NCBI GenBank assembly: GCA_051362555.1
Contig: CM120642.1
Location: 13,082,001 to 13,146,000, forward strand
Source: Lingula anatina
Taxonomy: Eukaryota; Animalia; Brachiopoda
DNA: 64,000 nucleotides
Direction: 5' to 3'
Of the stretch, positions 1-11,284 are shown in pieces (within the stretch, counting starts at the first letter, position 1; every line of letters starts with the position of its first letter). The notes below the pieces were generated by a model, which had not been told where the DNA came from, ran no database searches, and worked only from the letters and a program-made list of their open reading frames with translations. Position numbers and translations under genes: made by a program.

Positions 1-528
1 CCATAGGCCTCTAAACACTGTACAATTGAACAGGTGGTAAACTTTTCTCACAGAACCAATTGCAGTGCCCAACACAATCAAGTGTTCTGATAACGTTTCT
101 AGTAGGCAATTGCTTTCTTGTTCTATACCATATAAGGACATGTCACATATTAAAATGGGGTTATATATTGACTTCTAAAATTTCTTTGTAGAAAAGGGTA
201 AGACTTAAATTCGACATAAAAAATATTTTCAGGGTCTGTTGGGTCACAATACGACATAATATTTGTCCCGTCTAAACAAGATAATTTGGATTCAGAAAGC
301 CTTCAAAATATATATTATTTATATATAGAATGTTTATTTATAGAATTATATAAAAGGATATCACACATTTACCATGCAAAATGCAGAAGTTCACTCCATA
401 GACGCGCTTTAGCAGTCTACGCATGCCTGCGCGTTAACAGCCTAGATAAACTGATGTAATTCAAGGCTGTGTGCGGATAGCGTTACCAGTAATTATTTAG
501 CGAAGTAGAGCTACGTGCCGTTACTTAC

Positions 529-552
529 CCTCTCCTCTCGGCCACGAGACGC
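529..552 (-). CDS. Candidate 24-nt microexon of the left-edge gene (ASRGREER)
   Basis: On the minus strand: T-rich tract, ...ttttTAG|GCGTCTCGTGGCCGAGAGGAGAGG|GTAAGT. Consensus donor, frame-preserving, compatible with phase 0 of the upstream exon. Confidence 0.45.
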
Positions 553-1274
553 CTAAAAATAAAAGAAACATTTAAAAGCGAGCAAGGCATTGGTTTCAGC
601 ATACTTTTATATGAGTAATCTCCTTGTACGTAATAAATAGACAAATGATCATGAGGGAATATATGAATGAATTGATGAAATAATGAATTAGTGTAAAAAA
701 TTGGTGAGCAAAATAAGGAACGAAAGAATGAATAAAACCACAAACTGAAAGACAATTTAATTCATTAATGAATAAAAATGTGCAAAATCAATGGTGAAGC
801 GGAAAATACAGTGGAATTGAATAAAAAAGATATTTCTTTTAAAAACTTTGGTTGCATTCATAAATGTAACTTTGGCCTTACTTACATGTACCTCAGCGAA
901 AAAAAAACACTGATTTTTTTTTTTTTTTTTTTTTTTTTTTGGCAAAAAACGGCTGACTGCAAGGCAGCTGGTGATCGTTATACAGTAAATACAACAAAGA
1001 CTTCACTCATTTTCCATAGAAGTGTTTTTACGGCGTTCAAGTAAGTAATTTGATAAAGTAACAGGGAAACCATGGGCCCTAAAAAAACCGAAGCACTACT
1101 ATCGCAGACAAAAAAACCCCGAAAAACCCCCGCAAATTATACTATTGATAAAAAAGAGGATTAAATTAAAATAAAATCAGTTTGAAAACGCACGCCAGTT
1201 GGTTATCAGTACTTGTTTCCTTTTTTCAAACCTTTAAAGAAAAATAAATAATAATAATAATGGTCACTACCCAC

Positions 1275-1847
1275 CAAGTAGTTCCAGTATTTCTCTAAAC
1301 GTCGTCGTCGCTCTGCTCGAGATTTTCTCATCAACTCACCAATCTCCCTTATAATATTGACTGTTTGTTTCTTCGAGTCTTCATTTCTGCTGTGATAGTG
1401 GTGTTTATGAAATGTTGTAGCACTGCACGTACTACTGCTTGTGCTATGCCCGGATGAAACAGACAAGACACTCAGGGATCTAACTCCGGCTTGACCGGCA
1501 GGTAAAATACATTGTGGCGTTGACTGATTTTCGAAGCTTGTGGTCGAGTCGTTGTTGATCAAAGAGCTGTTACTTTCACCTTTCTTTGAAATAGTGAACC
1601 GTCCGAGAGATTCCTCCGCAATCGTGGTGGACCTGTTTTTAATACACAAGGGAGAACAGTACTTGACAGAGGCCGTATACAAATGGCGTTCTCCTCCAAC
1701 TGAGTTTTCATTTGATTGAAAATTATCTGCTGGATTCGCTAACGAGGGCTCAGTTTGTCTGCGAAGACCAAGCCGCTGATGTTTTTTCTCTGCATTCTTA
1801 GATTGGCGACGTTGAAAGCGGCGTCTCATTTCTAAAAGTACATCCAT
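1275..1847 (-). CDS. First coding exon of an unidentified gene (Ser-rich, basic, partly disordered N-terminus); gene continues off the left edge
   Basis: ATG at 1847 opens a 191-codon stretch (MDVLLEMRRR...RRRRLEKYWNYL) that ends at a plausible donor TTG|GTGGGT, after which the sequence becomes AT-rich and intron-like. No family recognised. Confidence 0.6.
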
Positions 1848-3035
1848 GCTTCCGTTCTGTTTTCAGCGGGTTCCTCCTCTGAATAGACCCTGGCGATCAA
1901 GTTCACTTCATTTATTTATTTTTTCTCCCTCAACGGAATCCTGATGACTTTTTACCCTCATTCAAAACTGAACGAAAATGGAATTCCTTTAGGCCAGCGA
2001 TTTTCCTTTTCAAGCAGCCGAGAACTTTGTACGTCATGGCATTACCCCCAAAGTGGCGCATTCTACAAACGCTCCACTGGGTTTTGATTCCACGTGACAG
2101 GTTGCGCTATTACCGCTTTTGAACAACGTATGGTCTCCAGATTAAGTGACGACAAACATTGGTCGGACACTCACTCACCCAGGAACACTGGTTACTATTC
2201 CTGTCAAACGGTGGCCTCAGCGTTCGTGAGCCCTGTTGTCCTCACGAGGGCACATGGGCTCCATTACATTCAGTAATTGAATGGGGTAAGACGCTGCAGA
2301 ATTCAACTGGTCAACGGTGACAAGAATCATTTATTGTTGTCGTGTTAGAAATAAATCTGCATAATACAAAATGTATGACGAATTTAACTTTAATATATAA
2401 TCCAATTGCCCTTTCCACTTTTATTTGTAAAGAACTACATGTAACTGCTTACTATGCTTACTATGCTCTATCCTACAAGTCGAAAATTGTCTATATCGAT
2501 AAAGAGTCTGCACGTTTCCCTGTGAATTATCGTTGAATGCTATCAAAGCTTTAAAAACATACCGAATTTGTTTTTCTTTATATTTTCTCTAAACTAAAAA
2601 AAATACCCATATGTTTTTAATTGCATTGTGCTCAGCCACAACTACAGCAATGAGGGTGTAGTTGTCCTGATTTTGACACCGGTACATGTAACATCTAATG
2701 CACTTAAAGCTCCAATACAGATTTATAACTGAATCCGTAAGCTTTGAATCAAGCAAGACTAGATTCGCAGACAAGATTGTAAATATTATGACGTTTTATA
2801 TACCTCAGTCTTTGACACCTTCTACGGCTAAAATGTATTCTGATCAATTTCAATGCTGCATGTTCTCTACAGTAACGCCTGGCAATAGTGTTACAGTCTG
2901 TTTACCGTATACATAGATATGATTTACGTTGTACTAACAAATCGTTCAATTTTTTTTTGTTTGTCAAGGACATGTCAACTTTGAAAACAATTTTTCACTC
3001 CATAGGAGTCGCTATTCAGTTGCACGCAAGTATAA

Positions 3036-3245
3036 GGCTCCGTTCACATGAAAAAATCTATTTTCTATTCGCGGTATCTTGTGATCACGGTCTGTGCCAT
3101 GAATACCCCGCGGCGTAATTACTGGCAGCGCGAGCCAGCTACTTCCAAAGCTGTAATTAATTCTCGGCTGCGCTCGGAGTGATCACAAGATACCGCGAAT
3201 AGAAAATAGATTTTTAGAAAATAGATTTTTCATGTGAACGGAGCC
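3036..3245. mobile_element. MITE, PIF/Harbinger (Tourist)-like
   Basis: Near-perfect terminal inverted repeats of about 50 bp (GGCTCCGTTCACATGAAAAAATCTATTTTCTATTCGCGGTATCTTGTGATCAC ... GTGATCACAAGATACCGCGAATAGAAAATAGA...CATGTGAACGGAGCC), flanked by TAA on both sides. Confidence 0.85.
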
Positions 3246-4631
3246 TAATACCAGCATGGTAGGCCTACAGCTTGCGCGCCTTGTGAACTGCCTCAATGAT
3301 AAGACAGCTAAGTGAACACAACAATCGAATGAATAATTTAAAATGCGAAAATCTGAAGTAACGTTTTTTATGGCGCTATGCTTCACGCTTTAAGAAAAAA
3401 TAATAATGAGCCTGCGTTATGAGTGCATAAACCATCACATAGAGACAAAAACTAGAATCCACGTGAGAACAAAACTGATATCAACACTGCCTGGGTTCAA
3501 AATAGTTACTTCGTGAGATGTGATAAGATTTGTTCCACGGCTTCCACCCCGCACTTTCCTCAGCGTCCCTGTGATCATGGCAGATGTGACCAAGTGCCCA
3601 GGCCAAGAGCGTGATGAAGGGATGTACGGGGGCGCGCAGTGATAAGCCCAGGAAAGACGAAGTCGTCGCACAGTCACAAGCAGATAGACCTGCGAGTCGT
3701 CATGGTAAGGAAGATTCACTCTATTCATTTTTTATATCAAAGTTTTTTTTATTGACATTTGGTGGCCAAAAAATTATTTACGATGTACAAATCAGTTCAG
3801 TGCATAATTTCCATCCTACAGTTTTTTTTATGAAAACTAAAATTGATATTGACTTCTCACCTGTGTGTACAAACGAAAATGTTAAAAAGTTCAAACCTAT
3901 CAAATGGCGCATTGGTGAGTCTTGATTATTTACGGCGATTCTTGCTTGCGTGGGTTCTAGTTCCGTATTGAAGACAACTGCACATTATCTACGGTGAATA
4001 CGGTGAAATTGATTTGCAAAATTGCAAAATATAATTTTTAAAGGTGAACTACATTAAAGTACATGTGAATAAAAAACAATTAAATTACAGAATGTTGGTT
4101 AAAAACGGAAATGCATTTGAACCATTTCGTTCCGGATCTTACTTGTGGAAATGGCATGATTTATTGATTGTGTTCAGCTGCGTATCGTCTTTTGAATGTT
4201 TCACGGAATTGTTTATCAGTTTAAATTTTAGATATTATTTACGTTTGTCTCATTACGCGTTAATTGAATTGCTAGTTTCAAATATTGGGCAAACGTATAA
4301 AGGGTAAACTCAGTAGAATATCGTTACTTAATATTGTGAAAAAAAAACTACCGCTTTTAGTGCTGTTGTAAAGAAATTTAACCTACTCTAAATAACTCCC
4401 TATCCTTTTACTCATTTGATACAGTTTTTATTATTATTAGCAAAAGTGTCAGTCGTTTACAATAGCGCAAAACCAATTGAATATACAGATGTATTATTCT
4501 TCTTCCCGTGTTGCTGGCGCTATACAATTCTCCGTCAAATTTAAGTAAAGACAACCACATGGATCTTAAATTTCAAAATATATCATATTCATAGTGAAAA
4601 TTTATTTCTCTTCGTATTTCTTTGGCGTAAG

Positions 4632-7600
4632 ATGTTGATGGTGGTATTTGCGTTGACGCTGTCCCTGGTGACAGGTCAGACAGCGGACTGGCAGACGCGG
4701 TACAATGAACTGAACAAGAAGGTGGACGCCCTGGCAACGCAGATTATGCTGCAGCAGCAGTTCTTGGAGGAAAAGACCAGAACCGAGGGTTCCTCTGGTA
4801 TCAAACAGGTACGTAGTGGTAGTAGTTGTTGTTGTAGCAGTAGTAGTAGCAGCAGCAGTATATATGTAGTAGTAGTAGTAGTAGTGGTGGTGGTGGTGGT
4901 GGTAGTAGTGGTGGTGGTGGTGGTGGTAGTAGTGGTGGTGGTGGTGGTGGTGGTGGTGGTAGTAGTGGTGGTGGTGGTGGTGGTGGTAGTAGTGGTGGTG
5001 GTGGTGGTGGTGGTGGTGGTAGTAGTGGTGGTGGTGGTGGTGGTAGTAGTAGTGGTGGTGGTGGTGATGGTCCTGGTGCTGGTGTTAGTGTTGACAGCAG
5101 TTGCACTTCCGGTTTTGGTTCAAATTGTATGTATATATAGTAACTTAGAATTGAATATATTGCCCACGTTGAATTTATCCAAGTCGGTGCTTATCCGCGG
5201 TACAGCTATAGTATACATATCTATCGCAAATGAAGATATTATTGCCCGGCATCAAGTTTTAAAGAAAAAAGGAGCTCGCAATCGATAACAATCATGATGT
5301 TTTAACTATATGGAACACAAATTTATAAGGAACTTCTTCGTTGAAACAACACGATGAAATACAGAACTGACAAAATAAAAGATATTTTTCATCTATGAAG
5401 CTATTCGGCATTTTCCACATGTGCCACGTTTTTTTTTTCACTAAAAAAAACAATGATGCTTCACTTTCTTTATAAAGCTAAAAATAGACGTATAATGAAA
5501 AGAAATGGATACCAAAAATAAAACACAAGACTGTGTCTTTTTCAGTTACGCCATTTCCGTGAGGGCACTAGACCGTACCATTCGAATACTCACAGCGGGA
5601 GTTCTATTCTCTCCATGCATAACCATGCAAACTTGGACCGGACACCAGGAATGGGTACGTAGTATAGGAACAATATGATAAATAAACTATGAACAAAATG
5701 AATTTCTGACAGTGGCATTTAGCAGTTGAATTTTAATTGGTGTTATGGAATTGCCCCTATCCCTGTATTTTGACTGACGTTGTTGCAAAAAGTGGGAAGC
5801 TAAGCCCCCCTACCTCCACCTCATCCGGCTGCCACGTCTAGACTGCAGAAGGCTAAACTGCTACAGTATTTGTGTTATAATTCAACTAGAGGCGTTTTAG
5901 TAAATTTGCACTATTAAATAACCCTATCGTGCTATAATTAACGAATATATCAACACAAAATTACATAGCCTGGTTTGGCTGTTGGTTAAGCATAAAAAAT
6001 ATGGATCCTTACGTGTAGGTTTACGGTGGTAAATCATTGTTCATTTACGATCTCTCCCCCTATAATCATATATTTCTCTTATTCATCCATTTGTTCAGCC
6101 ATGTATACATTAGTTAACATATCCATATCACACCACAGGTGAATTCATTGCCGTTTTGAACGGCCTCGAGTTCCGTACCCGCCACAACGATTACAAGGTA
6201 GTGATGCCACACACAAAGTCCATGAATTACCACTCGACCGAATCCATTCCGTTCCCTGACTTGCCGCCACAAGTGGTCGCCAAAAAGACGATCGACGACC
6301 AGATAAAAGAATTGCGCGAATTTTACAAGGCGTGGGCTCAGAGCAATTCCACTCATCGGGACTACAGGAATTATTTCCGACCAGCTCTCTGTTACCTGGA
6401 AGGAGCCTGGAACGTGAACAGTAAGACCATCAACGAACCTTTTGCCAGGTGAGATAGGGGCAGGTGATTTAGTAGTACCCTCCAAGAAATTAAATGTACA
6501 TTATTTTTTCAATTTTAAAAACCTCAGTCGCATTTTGTGGTTGATTACCGTTCGGCATATGTCATATTTACAACATTTCAATTTCTTTAACTGTTAAAAA
6601 AATTAAAAGAAATTGAAAATCGACACCACGCATAGATCAGAGACCTTTGATGACCATTATGAAAATTATTTTAACTCCAACGTAGTGTCTTATACAACAG
6701 TAGGCCTACATACCGTTTTGAAGTTTGTATTATTCCGAACCACTCTGGTGAATTGCTTTCATTATTCACCAATTTTGGTTCCATATGAAGTTTGAAATTT
6801 CCCCTTTTCTGTCATAGTGATCGTCACTTTATTGACGCCACCACGTGGTTTGAGTTGTTCGAGAAAGCTCGGTTTACCGCTTACACCGGAAGGAAAGACG
6901 TGGCGGAGAATTATGCTTTCCTGCCTACAGCTATTCTGGTGAGCTGTCTTTGGCATTACATTTCAATTATATTTAAAACGCGTTTTTTTTCATCAAAGTT
7001 TATATTATGAGTCAATTGTTATTCGTTTTACCTTTTATATCTTTCACTCGGCTTTGATAAATCTTGGGCCTTTGCTTTAAATGTCGTAGTTTTACATGTA
7101 TACAGTATATACATTTATGGTTTGACAGGTAAAAAACACTTATTCGTTTATTACTTATTTATTCCTTATCGTCCCATCATGTTGGCATGTAAAACATGAG
7201 TCGTTTCTCTTAGTCCAACGAGTGACCAATTCCGGTTACTTTATACCCGCTGTTTATCGTTGGTGTGGTTTTTTCATTCTAGGAAATGAGGAATGGCACT
7301 CTCCCCGTATTTGCCCAGTGGAGTTATCGTATTTTGTGCCATCCCGTCAAACGACACATACCGCTCTCTTTCTTCCGTCCCGTGGATGACGTGCACCTGC
7401 GCATCCCCTACAAACACAGAACTGACCAAATGCCTTCACAACGTTACACAAGGTATGTTGAGCAGACATTAAAGAAGCATTTGAAGTCAATTTTTACATA
7501 AAGCCTGACCAAATGCCAACACGTATTTCAACTGGCAAATAAGTACCAAAGAGCATCGTTTCTTATTTCCCGAAAATTATATTTGAACGAGTATTTTCTT

Positions 7601-7703
7601 CCTTCTTACTGTGCGCTATGTATAATCCTCTGTGGTTTTTGGCAACTCATTTGAATTACTGCGCTCGTAGCAATAATACACAATACGCTTTCTCTCTCTC
7701 TCT

Positions 7704-7777
<74 letters not shown>

Positions 7778-8715
7778 TATATAACGTGTCACGGTATTGT
7801 CTGTAGGTTCCAGCTAGACCCCAGAGGGAACTCTTGGAAAAACGGAGACGGGTTCACCACCAGGGAGACCGGATTTTTGGACGAAATCATGGCTGAAATC
7901 CCAGGTATCTTAAAAAAGAAATATCAACAACTTCTGTTCTGCTGTACATGCGAATTAATAAGCCGGTGTATTTTGTTTGTTTACTGTCTCTGTCACTGCT
8001 TCATAAAATGTCATTAATTAGGCAGCTAGCGTAAAAAATCTACTCGCAGCCCCGTTTTTCTCACCACTGCCTTGACTTAGGGTGTTTAGCCTCTTAAGGA
8101 ATTCTCTTTTCCATCGGCAATTCTTGTGTGCAAATGCCAATAAAAGATGAGGGTAGCTATCTAGATCTGATACTTGGGATGAGATTCCCTTCGGCAGTGC
8201 AAGGCGATTTATTAGCTGACCATTTGCGAGAACACCGATGGGAGTCGAGTGTGGAGAATAAGAGGATCTGGATTTGTTAATTTTTGGCTTGCAATTTCTT
8301 TTAGGTAAGAACAATTATCCTGGTAAAATTACTGACGAGATGTTCGGTTACCCAGTTTATTCCAGAACGGCAACTCCAAAAAACCCGGGAGAGCCAGTAA
8401 GTTGTACCTCATATTTATTAGCAGAGAGCCAGTAAGTTATCCATTTATTCGATTATACACTGTATACTATTATACATGCTTAAGAGTGGCATCATTCTCA
8501 CAATTTTGGATTCTTTTTCACTTAATGCTTTTTTTAAATTTAGTTGAATACTGCTTACTACCACCGTTGGTACAAGATAAAAGCTGGCAATAATTATCAC
8601 CTTAAACTGCGCAGTGGCTCTGACACCACCGTTTTTATGGCGCAAACGACATCGCCGAAAGTGGCGCCAATGAGGATGTCACACTGCACGGTTAGTAACT
8701 CTCTATTGCTCTCTT

Positions 8716-8763
<48 letters not shown>

Positions 8764-9540
8764 CTTTCAGTTTAATGCTCATGTTTTCAATTTCTGTAAT
8801 TGAAATTGTTCAAAAAAACGTTTTTTGATTTTTGGTATTGCACTTCGAGTTGTGCAAGGAACAGACTGCTGGGAAAATGTCAGACAAGATACCGGTATCT
8901 CGACATGCATCGTGTTTCATTTCCAGGGAAGCGGAAAATACAAGAAATGCAAGGACTACGTGCAGCGCTGGTCATATGCAGTTCCCTTGGAGATCATCTG
9001 GTTGCACCCCCTCATGAAATGGAACCCCTATAACCTCGCCATTAAGAGTTTCAGGGACAACAGTATCTTTTCTGGCGGCAGAAATGGCGGGCTGACTGCG
9101 GCAAAGGCTTATAACGGAACTAGACGTACGTATATTTTTTACTGCTATCACTTTTACAGCTAGGTAAAAAGAAAGTGCGTTGCATCAAGGAGAGCTTTGC
9201 CACGTGGACAACATCGTATCGTAAATAAAACGTTGAATTTTGACTGACGAAAGGTCGTAATGAATCAGACACCAAATAAACAGAGCTAAGCATATTATCA
9301 TTTATGTATGAATTAAGTGACTTGGACATTCTGATACTGATGCTGATATATTTGTTGTTTTCTAGTAAACGGCTATTACTACCTGACTCCGGAGTCGTTC
9401 TTCGCAGGCTCCGACAGTGACGACAAAGACCCAGCGGACACTGCTAAAGATGTCGTTGGCGTTTTGGATCAAAAAGGAAATGTCAGGTATGCCATAACAC
9501 GCTTTACATCTTTCCCCTCGTGTTTTTTTTTTTTCTTTTT

Positions 9541-9571
<31 letters not shown>

Positions 9572-10481
9572 GGGGGGGGGGGTTAAAAAAACATATGAAA
9601 ACCACTATTTAGGAGGCCAAAAAAAGTCTTCCGAATTCGGAAGTCTGATTCTTAGATGTTTTTCTAGTCTACAGTCCAAACGGACGACAAACGGGCAATC
9701 CGTTTTAAAATGTCGTTTCCAAGTTGAAAGTTTCTGCTTTAATTTACTTTCGCTTCAAATAAGCTATGCTAATTAGAGAACGGGTTGCACGTAGCACTGT
9801 GTTTATTAATTATGACATTGATCTGACATTTTTCTGACATTTTTCTGGTGCGGTTTACTTGCAGGAGAGTAAAGGCATCGGGTGTCCGTATCACCCTTCC
9901 AAACATAGAAGGCGTTGGCAGCTTACGCCAGCGTTACCCTATTCCACCCATCTTCGCTGAGGGTAACAGCGCCTTCAAAGAGGTCGCTGCACTCAGGGAT
10001 ATCGTCATGGAACGCAGCAAGTACGTATCTGCATGTTAACACCAGCAGGTTTAGCAAGCAGTACATTTCAGTTATATTATACAACACTCAACACTAGGAA
10101 AAAAAAAAAGATCCGGATCTCAACTAACTGTGTTGTCATCCCGCAAGCATGAACGCATTTTTTTTCTAGTTTTATGTTCTTACCGAAAAATCGATTCAAG
10201 CATCCTCTTGAATCTTAACTCTACAACCAGCTCTCAATAAGAACTGGTTGCATTTTAGTCTGCATTAGCATTTCTAAAATATGCTTGAATTTGAGGTGAC
10301 ACATTTCGAAAAACATGGTCTATTTACATTTTGTCACTTATAGATCTGGATAGGCTAATAAGAGAACTAGAAGGTAAAATAGGGATAAAATTCAGTTTTT
10401 TGCCATCATACCTCATCCAGAACACCGAAACTGCATTCTATTTTTCTTTATAGGTATTCACGCATTTTTATTGAGAGGTAA
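4632..10481 (+). CDS. Uncharacterised secreted protein, about 575 aa (signal peptide, short coiled coil, large globular domain)
   Basis: Phase-consistent exons 4632-4808, 5546-5654, 6139-6448, 6818-6938, 7283-7452, 7807-7904, 8305-8396, 8544-8690, 8927-9125, 9366-9486, 9865-10020, 10454-10481 (1728 nt, all GT-AG). N-terminus MLMVVFALTLSLVTG|QT looks like a signal peptide. A possible upstream exon ends ATG|GTAAGG at 3702-3704, with an AG just before 4632. Confidence 0.85.
4813..5070. repeat. (GTA/GTG)n trinucleotide microsatellite with a 60-bp higher-order period
   Basis: Directly visible; rows 4921-4980 and 4981-5040 are identical. It lies just inside the intron after the 4808 donor. Confidence 0.95.
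7690..7774. repeat. Compound (CT)n(CA)n microsatellite
   Basis: Directly visible, intronic. Confidence 0.9.
8700..8761. repeat. Compound (CT)n(CA)n microsatellite
   Basis: Directly visible, intronic. Confidence 0.9.
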
Positions 10482-10890
10482 GCGAGGGACATTGCTGCAA
10501 AGACTAAATGCCAGACATGATCAGGTTGAAGAGGATCAGAAGAAAAGAACATTTTTTCCTTATTTGAAAAAACACCTTAATTTTCTTACCTGATATTTGC
10601 AGAAAATGTATAAAAATGGTCTGCACATTTCTTGAAGGGAATTAACATTTGGCTCAAAAATGAAATTACAAACAAGTGATACAATAAACATCATTGTCAA
10701 CATAAAGATAAAGCAAAAAATGATTCTTGGGATTCAGTGATACAAAATATGGGAAAAAACATCCTCCTTGTGGAATAACGTTATTTCGATTAAAATCAAA
10801 ATGGCACACCAAAGGTTTTACCAAACTATAACAGATACAAAAACAATCAATGGATTATCTGCAAAGTTTTATCCTTTGCTACATGGTCCA

Positions 10891-11068
10891 CTGGGGCCGT
10901 AGCAATGGTCTGAAGGTTCAATAGTCCAAAGGTTCATTGGTCCGAATATTCACTATAGAACCTTCGGACCAATGAACCCTTGATTACAAAACTGATGAAA
11001 ATGTTTCCATTTTTCGGGCCAATGAACCTTTGGACCAATGAACTTTTGAACTACTACCATGGCCCCAG
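10891..11068. mobile_element. MITE with subterminal 15-bp repeats and a 4-bp TSD
   Basis: Ends are CTGGGGCC...GGCCCCAG, flanked by TCCA on both sides. AAGGTTCATTGGTCC-type units on the left are mirrored by GGACCAATGAACCTT units on the right. Confidence 0.7.
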
Positions 11069-11284
11069 TCCATTCCTGTGGGTTCCCCCCCCCCCCCCCC
11101 CCCCCCTCAAAAAAGTCAACAAATTCTGCCTATAACATTCAGTCAAATAGAGGTGAAAACAATGCTCCTGGCTGAGGAAAGAAACTCACTCACTGTGGAA
11201 GAAATGTTAACTGACATATTTGTCTGCTCCTTCAAAGTTTTTTTACTTCTTCTGCTCTTTTTTTCCAGTTGAAGAAACATCACA

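Noticed and set aside
4801-5288. Poly-Val (+) and poly-Pro (-) ORFs as real proteins
   Set aside because: They are translations of an intronic microsatellite; the coding exon ends at the GTACGT donor after 4808.
7905-7914. Possible U12-type intron (donor GTATCTTAAA)
   Set aside because: It does not match GTATCCTT, and there is no TCCTTAAC branch site near the acceptor at 8304.
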